Source of the DNA: an uncultured Deinococcales bacterium
GTDB lineage: Bacteria; Deinococcota; Deinococci; Deinococcales; JAAFIG01
Length of the DNA: 53,311 bases
Assembly: GCA_964244895.1 (NCBI GenBank)
Contig: CAXTKV010000007.1
Coordinates: forward strand, 1-53,311
Direction of reading: 5' to 3'
The position numbers and the translations under genes were made by a program. The first letter of the stretch is position 1. Every line of letters starts with the position of its first letter. Shown one piece after another: positions 30,890 to 39,468 of this stretch. The notes under the pieces were generated by a model. That model was not told where the DNA came from and made no database searches. It saw nothing but the letters and a program-made list of their open reading frames with translations.

Positions 30890-32725
30890 TTGAAATCGAA
30901 TATCAACGCCATCGTTGCCGCGACCGTTCTGAGCCTCTGGCTGGGGGGCTGCGGAACGCAGAATCCACCAGCCCAACCCATCGTCTCCAATCCGGGCGAC
31001 GAGATTTCAGCTCAGGCCTTCCCGGAACCCGCGCTGCCGCAAGCGGCCATCACGACGGACGCCGCCACGCTGGGCTACTGGTCACCGACCCAACCGTGGC
31101 CGCTGACCGCGATCCACGCCAGCCTGATGCCGAACGGCAACCTGATGACCTGGGACATGAACGGCGACGGTGGCAGCAACCCGGCGGACGGTTCAAACAT
31201 CACCTTTGAACCGCAGAATTCGGTCAGTACGCGCGGCGGCTGGGATTCTCCGACCGGCGACTGGCGGCGCGTGGACATCTGGGATCCTCGAGCCAACGCC
31301 CACACCTGGGCGAACAACATGACCACGAACATGTTCTGCTCCGGGCACGTGCTGCTGGCGGATGGACGCCTGTTCGTCGTCGGCGGTCACTACGGGCTGC
31401 CTTCCGACGCGAATGGGAACCTGCAAATCCCTTCGGGTCAGCAACCACCGTTCGATCTTTCGGCCTACCAGGCCCTCAACGCCAACGGCCAGAAGATCGC
31501 TTTTCAGGCCACCGGTGGCGGCAAAAAGGACATCAACCTTTTTGACTGGCGCACGAACACGTGGTCGCGCAGCGCCGACATGGCCAAAGCGCGGTGGTAC
31601 GCGTCCGGTACGGTTTTGGCCGACGGTGGCGTGATGGTCGCCGGTGGCGACAACGAATTTGCGAAATCGGTTCCCGAAGTCGAAATCTGGCGCAACGGGG
31701 CGTTCTCGACGATGACCTCCGACAACGCCAACGGAGCCGCATGGGCTTCGTACTATCCGCGCTTGTTTCAGGCATCGAACGGGCAGGTATTTCACGCGGG
31801 GCTCCTGAACGACATGTATTCGGTTGATCCGTCGAACACGAACCCGATGCAATTCGCCGGGAAGCGCGATGGCGTTTACCGCAGCTACGGCAATACAGTC
31901 ATGTTCGAGCGCGACAAGATTCTGGTGGTCAACGGCCAGCAACCGATTGACCTGACAGCCAACCCGCCCGTGAACAGCATCGGCTACACGAAAACGGCTG
32001 AAATCATCGATATTTCCCCCGACGCGGGCGGCACGACCGCGCCGACCGTCGATTCGCTGCCGAACCTTCCCAGGGGCCGATTCCAGTCAAATGCGACCAT
32101 CCTGGCGGACGGCACGGTGCTGGTAACGGGCGGGAACGACGATCCGACCGGCATTCAGAACTCGGGCAGCCAGAACTCGAACCTGTACGCCGTGATGACG
32201 CCACTTTTGTTCAAACCCAACGCGAACGCCACCAACGGAACGTGGTCGAACATGGCGGACATGGCGCAAACGCGCCAGTACCACAGCGTCGCGCTCTTGA
32301 TGCCGGACGGTCGGGTGTTCTCGGCGGGTTCGGGCAACTGCACGCGCGAAGGCTGCACCGACCTTTCGGACCGTTCCCACGAATTCTTCTGGCCGCCGTA
32401 CCTGTTCAACGCTGATGGCACGCTGGCGCGCCGTCCGAGGATCGTCAGCGCGCCCTCGAGCGCGCGCTTCGGGCAGACCATGCGCATCGGCACGCCGGAC
32501 GCGAGCAGCATCACCAAGGTCACCTGGATTCGATTGGGCAGCGTCACGCATTCGGACAACATGAACCAGCGCAGCATGACGCTCTCGTTCTCGCGCAGCG
32601 GCGATTCGTTGGTGGTCAACGCGCCCGCCAACGGCAACGTTGCCCCTCCGGGGCATTACATGCTGTTCGCCGTGAACGCCAACGGCACACCGTCCGTGGC
32701 GCGGATCATCAGGATCGACAACTGA
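30890..32725 (+). CDS. Lipoprotein copper radical oxidase (galactose/glyoxal oxidase-like, Kelch + DUF1929)
   Basis: Lipobox LGGC; MFCSGH, RWYAS, RQYHSVALL.PDGRV, GSVTHS, PPGHYMLF. Confidence 0.9.
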   Translation: MKSNINAIVAATVLSLWLGGCGTQNPPAQPIVSNPGDEISAQAFPEPALPQAAITTDAATLGYWSPTQPWPLTAIHASLMPNGNLMTWDMNGDGGSNPADGSNITFEPQNSVSTRGGWDSPTGDWRRVDIWDPRANAHTWANNMTTNMFCSGHVLLADGRLFVVGGHYGLPSDANGNLQIPSGQQPPFDLSAYQALNANGQKIAFQATGGGKKDINLFDWRTNTWSRSADMAKARWYASGTVLADGGVMVAGGDNEFAKSVPEVEIWRNGAFSTMTSDNANGAAWASYYPRLFQASNGQVFHAGLLNDMYSVDPSNTNPMQFAGKRDGVYRSYGNTVMFERDKILVVNGQQPIDLTANPPVNSIGYTKTAEIIDISPDAGGTTAPTVDSLPNLPRGRFQSNATILADGTVLVTGGNDDPTGIQNSGSQNSNLYAVMTPLLFKPNANATNGTWSNMADMAQTRQYHSVALLMPDGRVFSAGSGNCTREGCTDLSDRSHEFFWPPYLFNADGTLARRPRIVSAPSSARFGQTMRIGTPDASSITKVTWIRLGSVTHSDNMNQRSMTLSFSRSGDSLVVNAPANGNVAPPGHYMLFAVNANGTPSVARIIRIDN

Positions 32726-32740
32726 ACCAAAAGGATCGCG

Positions 32741-32773
32741 AAGGGGACTCGAGGCTCGAGTCCCCTTTTTTTT
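32741..32773 (+). terminator. Rho-independent terminator
   Basis: AAGGGGACTCGAG-G-CTCGAGTCCCCTTTTTTTT. Confidence 0.88.
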
Positions 32774-32812
32774 GCGCTCGGGACGTTGAACCTGGAATCG
32801 GTTTTTTCAAGA

Positions 32813-32866
32813 AGACCATCCAGCACGCAGTTTTTTGGATCTCGAGCGATGCGCGCTGGACGGTCT
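32813..32866. repeat. Dispersed palindrome family A copy
   Basis: AGACCATCCAGCACGCA...TGCGCGCTGGACGGTCT. Confidence 0.88.
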
Positions 32867-32991
32867 GCCGCCACAGTGCGCGTCGCCACCTCGAGACCAG
32901 GAGCCTTGTTGGCGCGAAGTTTCGCCGTGCCCGCTCGAATTGCGACTGTTCCGTCACGGTTCCCCGGATCAGCGCCAGTAGAATGCTGAGC

Positions 32992-33204
32992 GTGAACGAG
33001 AAGCTTCCACCGGGCGTCTACCGAACGGATCAGCCGTCCGACCAGAGCGCGCCTGCGGGCTTCGAAGCACCGGAAATCAAGCCCGACTGGAAAGACTTCG
33101 TGGCCCTGACCATCGCGGCCTACCAGATTCTGCTGCTGCCGCTGGCCGCAATCATCGGCGGGGTGGTCGGGGTGTTCTTGCTGTTGCGTTTGCTGTTTCA
33201 TTGA
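32992..33204 (+). CDS. Small membrane protein
   Basis: TAGAAT 7 nt before GTG; DWKDFVALTIAAYQILL hydrophobic C-terminal half. Confidence 0.7.
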   Translation: MNEKLPPGVYRTDQPSDQSAPAGFEAPEIKPDWKDFVALTIAAYQILLLPLAAIIGGVVGVFLLLRLLFH

Positions 33205-33228
33205 TGCCGTTCCAGACAAAGGAGACCC

Positions 33229-35010
33229 ATGACCGCGACCCCGTACCCGACCGAGCAACTGCGCTGGGATCTCTCGAGCCTGTACGCCGGGCTGGACGAT
33301 CCGCGCCTGGAAAGCGATCAGACGACCGCGCTCGCGGAAGCGATGTCTTTCGCGGACGCGTACCGGGGTCGAATCTCGGGATTGTCGGCTGAGGAATTCC
33401 GCAGCATGATGCAATCGCTGGAACGAATCGGGATTCGAGCCCAGCGTCCCGTCTGGTACGCGGGGCTGCGCTTCGCGGCGCAGACGGACGACGCGGCGGT
33501 CAAGGTTTTACTGGATCGCGTGCGAGCCCGAGCCACGGAGATCTCGAACCTCTCGACCTTTGCGCAGCTCGAACTGACCAACCTGCCGGACGAAGCCGCG
33601 ACGCGATTGCTGCGGAGCGCCGATCTGGGCGAGTACGCGCACGCCATCCAGAGCGCCCGCCGCTACGGGCCGCACACCCGCTCCGAAGATGAAGAGCGCT
33701 TGTTGAACACGAAATCCCTGACCGGACGCGCCGCCTGGACGCAGCTGTACACGGAAATCACCAGCGCCATCAGGATCACGCTCGCGGTGGACGGGGAACA
33801 AAAAAATTTGACGCTGGACGAGGTGCGCGCGCTCAGATCCAGATCGGATCGCGATCTGCGCCGCCGCGCCACGGAGGGCCTGTACTCGGCCTTCGCGGAG
33901 CGCGAGCACGTGCTGACGTTCATCTTCAACACGTTGTATCAGGACTGGAAGTTCGACACGGAATTGCGCCATTACGACTCACCGATCGCCGCCACGATCC
34001 TGCGCGACGAACTGCCGCCCGCCTCGGTCGAGGCGCTGATGAGCACCACCGAAGCCAACGCGAAGCTCTTGCAGGCGTATTACCCCCTGAAAGCGCGCTT
34101 GCTCGGCATCGCGGATTTCTCGAGCTTCGACACGCTCGCACCGCTGGAGGATTCGCCCAGGCGCTACAGCTTCCCGGAAGCCCGCGATCTGGTGCTCGAG
34201 GCGGTCAACAGCTTCAGTCCGCAGTTGGCGGGCCTGTGCCAGGCGTTCTTCGATCAGCACCGGATTGACGCGCTGCCGCGCCCCGGCAAGCGCGGCGGGG
34301 CGTTCTGCTCGAGCTTCTCGCCCAACGATCACGCGTTCATCCTGACGAACTTCAACGGGCGGCTGGACGATGTCTTCACGCTGGCGCACGAGTTGGGCCA
34401 CGGGGTTCACGCGGAACTCTCTCGCGGGCAGAACGCCACGAATTTTGGTCACAGCTTGCCCTTGGCGGAAACGGCCAGCACCTTCCTGGAAATGGTCTTG
34501 CTGGATTATTTGATGCAGCGCGCCGACGAGCGCACGCGCCGCGACCTGCTGGCCAATTTGATGGAGGACGCGATCGGGACGATCTTCCGTCAGGTGCAGA
34601 TCACGCGCTGGGAGCAACTGGCGCACCTTGAGCGCGCTCTGGGTGTGGTTTCCAGCCAGCGTTACGGCGAGTTGTGGCTCGAGACCTACCGCCGCTTCTA
34701 CGGTGACGCGGTCGCGCCGACGGAACTCGACCGGTGGGGCTGGATCGGCATTCCGCACGTGGTCGGGTCTCGGTTTTACTGCTATTCCTACGCCTTCGGC
34801 AACCTGCTCGTGTACGCGCTGTACGAGCGTTACCGCCAGGAGGGTGCGGCGTTCGTGCCCAAGTACCTGGAGTTCCTGTCCGCCGGGGAATCCGCCACAC
34901 CGGACGAACTGGTCGCCCGTCTGGGCGTGGACGTGACCGACCCCGGCTTCTGGCAGTCCGGTTTCGATTACATCGAGCGCCAACTCGAGGCGTTCCGGGC
35001 CTTGACCTGA
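33229..35010 (+). CDS. M3 family oligoendopeptidase F
   Basis: WDLSSLY, GKRGGAFC, TLAHELGH, AETAS.F.E, FYCYSYAFG; AAGGAG RBS. Confidence 0.94.
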   Translation: MTATPYPTEQLRWDLSSLYAGLDDPRLESDQTTALAEAMSFADAYRGRISGLSAEEFRSMMQSLERIGIRAQRPVWYAGLRFAAQTDDAAVKVLLDRVRARATEISNLSTFAQLELTNLPDEAATRLLRSADLGEYAHAIQSARRYGPHTRSEDEERLLNTKSLTGRAAWTQLYTEITSAIRITLAVDGEQKNLTLDEVRALRSRSDRDLRRRATEGLYSAFAEREHVLTFIFNTLYQDWKFDTELRHYDSPIAATILRDELPPASVEALMSTTEANAKLLQAYYPLKARLLGIADFSSFDTLAPLEDSPRRYSFPEARDLVLEAVNSFSPQLAGLCQAFFDQHRIDALPRPGKRGGAFCSSFSPNDHAFILTNFNGRLDDVFTLAHELGHGVHAELSRGQNATNFGHSLPLAETASTFLEMVLLDYLMQRADERTRRDLLANLMEDAIGTIFRQVQITRWEQLAHLERALGVVSSQRYGELWLETYRRFYGDAVAPTELDRWGWIGIPHVVGSRFYCYSYAFGNLLVYALYERYRQEGAAFVPKYLEFLSAGESATPDELVARLGVDVTDPGFWQSGFDYIERQLEAFRALT

Positions 35011-35188
35011 GCGCGTGTTGATCAGCAGCGAGAGCAAAGACGAGAGGTAAACGAACAAAGGTGAAAGTAAACCCCATGAGACGCGCGATACATCGGAATT
35101 CTTGCGCCTCACTTTTTCCTTTTCCCGTTCACCTTTTACCTTCACCGACCCGTTCTGAACGCCGACGACGCAGGAGTTGGACACCGCG

Positions 35189-35243
35189 CGAGAACACCGT
35201 CCAGCGCGCGATCTCGAGAATATCGTCCAGAACGGTGTTCTCG
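35189..35243. repeat. Dispersed palindrome family A copy
   Basis: CGAGAACACCGTCCAG...CGTCCAGAACGGTGTTCTCG. Confidence 0.88.
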
Positions 35244-35398
35244 AATTCTTCACACGGGCTTCCGAATCGTGTCTAGGGCGACCGAGCGCCTCACATTCTG
35301 GGCTCACAAGTACGGCTGGGCCTTCAGACTTGCTTGAATCTGGCCTCGAGTGTCGGTTCTGAGACGTTTCTGTAAGAATTCGGGCGTAATACTAGGGC

Positions 35399-35518
35399 AT
35401 GAACCTTGAAGAGGTACTGGCCAGACTGCGCGAGATGCTCGAGCGCGTCCGCGAGGCGGTGCGCGCCCCCCAACCGGTCGCCATCCCCATCCCGGTCAAC
35501 CGCTCACCGCGTCGCTGA
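35399..35518 (+). CDS. Small 39-aa protein
   Basis: MNLEEVLARLREMLERVREAVRAPQPVAIPIPVNRSPRR*; coding-like codon usage; followed by a hairpin. Confidence 0.65.
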   Translation: MNLEEVLARLREMLERVREAVRAPQPVAIPIPVNRSPRR

Positions 35519-35531
35519 AGGAAAAAACCCG

Positions 35532-35571
35532 TCCCCGATGGTCTTTCTAGTGAAATGACCGTCGGGGATTT
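35532..35571 (+). terminator. Stem-loop/terminator after the small ORF
   Basis: TCCCCGATGGTC...GACCGTCGGGGA-TTT, A-tract on the 5' side. Confidence 0.7.
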
Positions 35572-35586
35572 GCGTTTGGATTCGCG

Positions 35587-35701
35587 GAATCGGTGATCGA
35601 ACCCAGATCGAATCGGTGATCGAACCCAGATCGAATCGGTGATCGAGCCCAGATCGAATCGGTGATCGAGCCCAGAACGAATTGGTGATCGAACCCAGAA
35701 C
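35587..35701. repeat. 23-bp tandem repeat, 5 copies
   Basis: Unit GAATCGGTGATCGA(A/G)CCCAGA(T/A)C, no spacers. Confidence 0.95.
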
Positions 35702-35730
35702 GTGCGCAGCAAGCGCGTCAAGATGCAGAG

Positions 35731-36354
35731 GTGAGCGACCTCCGCGCCGAACTTCCCGATTGGGCCTTCCACAGAGACGACGAAACGCCGGACGAGCGCT
35801 TCTACGCCAGCCCGCGCCTGGTGACGCACATCGACGCTGGCGCAATCGAGGCCGTGACGCGGTTGTACCGCGAGTTCTTCCCGGCGGACGGCGCGATCCT
35901 GGACTTGATGAGTTCGTGGGTCAGCCACCTGCCGGATATCGCGTACTCGAGCGTGACCGGGCTGGGCATGAACCGCGCGGAACTGGAGCGCAACCCCAGG
36001 TTGACGGATTTCGTGGTGCAGAACCTCAATGCGAACCCCGTCCTGCCGTTCGGGACGGCATCCTTCGATGGCGCTGGATTGTGCGTCAGCGTGGATTACC
36101 TGACCGACCCCGCGACCGTGCTGCGCGAGGTCGGGCGCGTCCTGAAGCCGGGCGCGCCGCTCGTGATCACGTTTTCCAACCGCTGCTTTCCGACCAAGGC
36201 CATCCGCGCGTGGCTGTCGCTGGACGACGCCGGGCGCGTGGCGCTGGTGCAGCGTTTTCTGCTCGAGGCCGGGAATTTTTCGGGGATCACCGCACTGGAT
36301 CGCAGTCCCGCCGTGGGCGACCCGTTGTACGCGGTCATCGGTCGGTCAGCGTAG
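35731..36354 (+). CDS. Class I SAM-dependent methyltransferase-like protein
   Basis: FYASPRLVTHID, LDLMSSWVSHLP, VSVDYLT.P, RVLKPG, FSNRCFPTKA. Confidence 0.9.
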   Translation: MSDLRAELPDWAFHRDDETPDERFYASPRLVTHIDAGAIEAVTRLYREFFPADGAILDLMSSWVSHLPDIAYSSVTGLGMNRAELERNPRLTDFVVQNLNANPVLPFGTASFDGAGLCVSVDYLTDPATVLREVGRVLKPGAPLVITFSNRCFPTKAIRAWLSLDDAGRVALVQRFLLEAGNFSGITALDRSPAVGDPLYAVIGRSA

Positions 36355-36357
36355 AAC

Positions 36358-36407
36358 CACCGTCCTGGACGCATATTTTTGAACTTCAGGAGCATCGTCC
36401 TGGACGG
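36358..36407. repeat. Dispersed palindrome family A copy
   Basis: CACCGTCCTGGACGC...CGTCCTGGACGG. Confidence 0.82.
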
Positions 36408-36419
36408 GTTCCCTGCGGG

Positions 36420-36944
36420 TCATCCCGCCGGAAAGCCCGGCGACTGACGGATGCGCTCGAGTTGCACTCGATGGTGCGCGATGTGGGTTCGCATGAATTC
36501 CAAACCCTGACGGAGCGAAATCGATCCGGCGACCGGGTGAACGAACCTCGATCGTTCGAGCGCCGTCGCCTCGAGCGGTTCGAGCAGCGCCCTCAGATTG
36601 ACGCGCACGTCGCTCCAATCGGCCCGCACGTCGTCCAATGGGCGCCGTTCCCTCGGCACGGCGGGTGGAAGGGTCGGAACGCGCAAGCCCGACCTGAACG
36701 AGACGGTGATCAATCCGAGGATCAGATTCGAGCGCCAGTTGAGCGACCTGAGCTGAGTCCCTTCGCTCGAATCGACCAGGGCTTTCTCGACGATGATCAG
36801 GTGCTGGCCGACCTCGAGCATCGACCAACCCCTGGGTGCGGGTTGGAACTCGAGCTGCGCCACCGAGTGCCGCTCGAGTTCCGTCACGAACGCGGTCGTG
36901 TCGCGTTCGAGGGCGTCGAACTGCGATTGGATGCGTGCGTCCAT
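36420..36944 (-). CDS. DinB family protein
   Basis: WSMLEVGQHL...HPVAG...HIAHH..QL. Confidence 0.85.
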   Translation of the reverse strand: MDARIQSQFDALERDTTAFVTELERHSVAQLEFQPAPRGWSMLEVGQHLIIVEKALVDSSEGTQLRSLNWRSNLILGLITVSFRSGLRVPTLPPAVPRERRPLDDVRADWSDVRVNLRALLEPLEATALERSRFVHPVAGSISLRQGLEFMRTHIAHHRVQLERIRQSPGFPAG

Positions 36945-38377
36945 CAGTCTCCCGCCGTCTGCACCTCTGGCTCGAGCTCAGGCTGCGGCTCGATCTCGAC
37001 CAGCGCGGGTTGCAACCCGATGCCGACCATCCACTCGCAAAAAGCGTCCAGGCCGCGCCGGAACAGCAACGGGCGTTTCTCGCGCTTGCCGAGCTTTTTC
37101 TTGTTGCGCCATTCTGCGGGCACGCGTTCGCGTTCCAGCTCGGGTACGAGCGCCCAGTTCGTGTTCATCGGTTGAAAATTCTTGGGTTCAGCGCTGGCCA
37201 GAAAGCGCGTCAGCGCGCCCAGCATGGACGCCTCTGGCGGCACGACCACCGCAAGCCCCTGCGCCAGCCGCGCGGCGTTCAATCCGGCCAGCCAGCCCGT
37301 CGCGGCGCTCTCGAGGTAGCCTTCGGTTCCGGCCAACACGCCCGCCGTCAGCTTGTCCGGGTGATCCTTGAATTGCAGGCTGGCGGAAAGCAGCCTGGGC
37401 GCGTTCAGGTAGGTGTTGCGGTGCATCACGCCGTAGCGCGCAATTTCGGCGTCCTGAAGGCCGGGAATCAGGCGCACGACGGCTTTCTGATCGGGCCATT
37501 TCAGTCCGGTCTGGAATCCGACCAGGCTCCACAGGCGGCCTTCTCTGTCCTCCTGCCGCAACTGCGCGACTGCGTAGGGTTCGCGCCCGGTGCGCGGATC
37601 GGGCAGGCCCTTGGGTTTCATCGGGCCGAAGCGCGGCGTGTCAATGCCGCGCCGCGCGATCTCTTCGATCGGCATGCATCCCTCGAAGAACTCGAGTTTT
37701 TCCCAGTCGTGCGGCGTGTGGTTTCTAGCGTCCTGGAGGGCGCCATAAAAGCGCTCGTACTCGGGTTTGTCGAATGGGCAGTTGAGGTAATCGGCCTCCT
37801 GACCGTAGCGTCCGGCGCGGTAGGCGATGGAGAGGTCGATGCTCTCGGCTTCGATCACGGGCGCGGCGGCATCGTAGAAGCTCAACCGTTCACCGCCCGC
37901 GAAGCGCGCCAGCAAGTCCTCGGCCAGCGCGTCCGAGGTCAACGGCCCCGTAGCGATCACGACGATGCCGTCCGGCACGCGGGTCAGTTCCTCGCGGTGA
38001 AAGTTGATGTTCGGGTGCGATTCCAGGGCGCGCGTGATCTGCGCCGCGAAACCATCGCGTTCGACCGCCAGCGCGTTCCCGGCTGGGATGCGGTTCTCGA
38101 GGGCCGCCGTCATGACCAGCGCGCTCGCGGCGCGCATCTCGGCCTGAAGGAGACCCTTGGCGTTGCCCTCCCCTTCCCCGCCCAAAGAATTGGAGCAGAC
38201 CAGTTCGGACGCGTCCCGTGAGCGGTGCGCGGGCGTCATGCGCGTCGGGCGCATCTCGTACAGGTGCACGCGCACGCCCTGGTTGGCCGCCGCCAGGGCC
38301 GCCTGCGATCCCGCCAGTCCCGCTCCAATGACGGTAATTCCAAAATGCTCGCTCGCGCCCGCCGGGATGTCCTTCAT
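36944..38377 (-). CDS. trmFO: Methylenetetrahydrofolate--tRNA-(uracil-5-)-methyltransferase
   Basis: GAGLAGS, ELVCSNS, FYDAAAP, FEGCMPIE, RYGVMHRNTY, GTEGY.ESAA. Confidence 0.96.
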   Translation of the reverse strand: MKDIPAGASEHFGITVIGAGLAGSQAALAAANQGVRVHLYEMRPTRMTPAHRSRDASELVCSNSLGGEGEGNAKGLLQAEMRAASALVMTAALENRIPAGNALAVERDGFAAQITRALESHPNINFHREELTRVPDGIVVIATGPLTSDALAEDLLARFAGGERLSFYDAAAPVIEAESIDLSIAYRAGRYGQEADYLNCPFDKPEYERFYGALQDARNHTPHDWEKLEFFEGCMPIEEIARRGIDTPRFGPMKPKGLPDPRTGREPYAVAQLRQEDREGRLWSLVGFQTGLKWPDQKAVVRLIPGLQDAEIARYGVMHRNTYLNAPRLLSASLQFKDHPDKLTAGVLAGTEGYLESAATGWLAGLNAARLAQGLAVVVPPEASMLGALTRFLASAEPKNFQPMNTNWALVPELERERVPAEWRNKKKLGKREKRPLLFRRGLDAFCEWMVGIGLQPALVEIEPQPELEPEVQTAGD

Positions 38378-38471
38378 TGGCGCGAGTGTACCCGAACGGC
38401 AGTGGTTTCGGCTCGAGAATCGTGCGGTAGCGATTCTCGACGCGCCAGGCGAGATCGAACACGAGTTCTTT

Positions 38472-38516
38472 CCCTACAGCACACGGTTTTCGTATGGGCA
38501 GGTCTGCGACCCGCCC
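38472..38516. repeat. Degenerate GTAG-type REP-like remnant
   Basis: CCCTAC-AGCACACGGTTTTC-GTATGGGCAGGTCTGCGACCCGCCC; spacer resembles that at 3056-3068. Confidence 0.5.
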
Positions 38517-38589
38517 TCCCCTCGAGAAAATCGGGTGTCGAGCCATCACCGGCGTTCTATAGAGGGTCGCTGAATTTTGAGCAGTCAAA

Positions 38590-38636
38590 AACACCGTCCA
38601 GCACGCGATTCTCAACGACACGCGCTGGACGGTGTT
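38590..38636. repeat. Dispersed palindrome family A copy
   Basis: AACACCGTCCAGCACGCG...CGCGCTGGACGGTGTT. Confidence 0.92.
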
Positions 38637-38646
38637 CCCGTAAACC

Positions 38647-39300
38647 TCAGTTCGAGGGCCGATCCTCGGTCAGCACGTAATTGAGCGTGCCATCGCCTCT
38701 GGAACCGACGATGAAGAGCGTGTAGACCTTGCCCGCCTCGAGACTCACGTCCGGCACGGGCAGAACGCGGTCGGCTGAATCGGCGAAACGAATCTCCAGG
38801 TTGAACAACCCCGGCCCAAAACGCAGGTAGCTCGAGGCGTCCTTGAACCCCACGCCGCGCAACAGCGACAGGTTGCCGCGCATTCCGATGTCGAGCGTCG
38901 GCGCGTCCGGGCTGGCGTTGATCACGCGCAGGCGCGCGAAATTCGGGTTGGGCGCGAGGTTATCGACGAACACGACCGGGCGCTGCGATTTCTCCGGCCC
39001 GAACCCGGCGGCGGTGATGGTGTAGGTTTCGTCGCCGAAGCTCAGGTTGCGGCCTTCCAGGATCGGGTTGCCGCGCTCCCCGGCAGCGTAAATCGTCACA
39101 TCGTAAACCCCGTTCGGCACGTGCAGGTAGGCGGTCACGGTGCGGAACGGAATGTTGGAGAAGGTTTTCTGACCGTTCAGGTACACGTCGACCGATGGGG
39201 CTCGCGGCGCGAGGTGAGAGACGCGCACGTTCGCGGCCAGCGCGGGCGAGGCCATCGCGATGATCGCGAACACCGCCAGTTTCAGTCTTTTCTGGTTCAT
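38647..39300 (-). CDS. Secreted DUF4397 domain protein
   Basis: VRVSHLAPRAPSVDVY, LRVINASPDAP; signal peptide. Confidence 0.88.
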   Translation of the reverse strand: MNQKRLKLAVFAIIAMASPALAANVRVSHLAPRAPSVDVYLNGQKTFSNIPFRTVTAYLHVPNGVYDVTIYAAGERGNPILEGRNLSFGDETYTITAAGFGPEKSQRPVVFVDNLAPNPNFARLRVINASPDAPTLDIGMRGNLSLLRGVGFKDASSYLRFGPGLFNLEIRFADSADRVLPVPDVSLEAGKVYTLFIVGSRGDGTLNYVLTEDRPSN

Positions 39301-39468
39301 ACGTACCCCGTTGTTGATGTCGCTCGAGCCTACACGTTCGGCATCTCCCGAAGATCATCCGGCCTCACGGTCGCGGTGCTGCACCCACCGACCGCACCGG
39401 ACGGACCTCGCATTTGCACGGGATTCCGTCCGGCAGGATGATCTTCACGTCGCTCGGGCCGGGTTCAT

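Noticed and set aside
35587..35701. CRISPR array
   Set aside because: Units are contiguous with no unique spacers, and no cas genes are present
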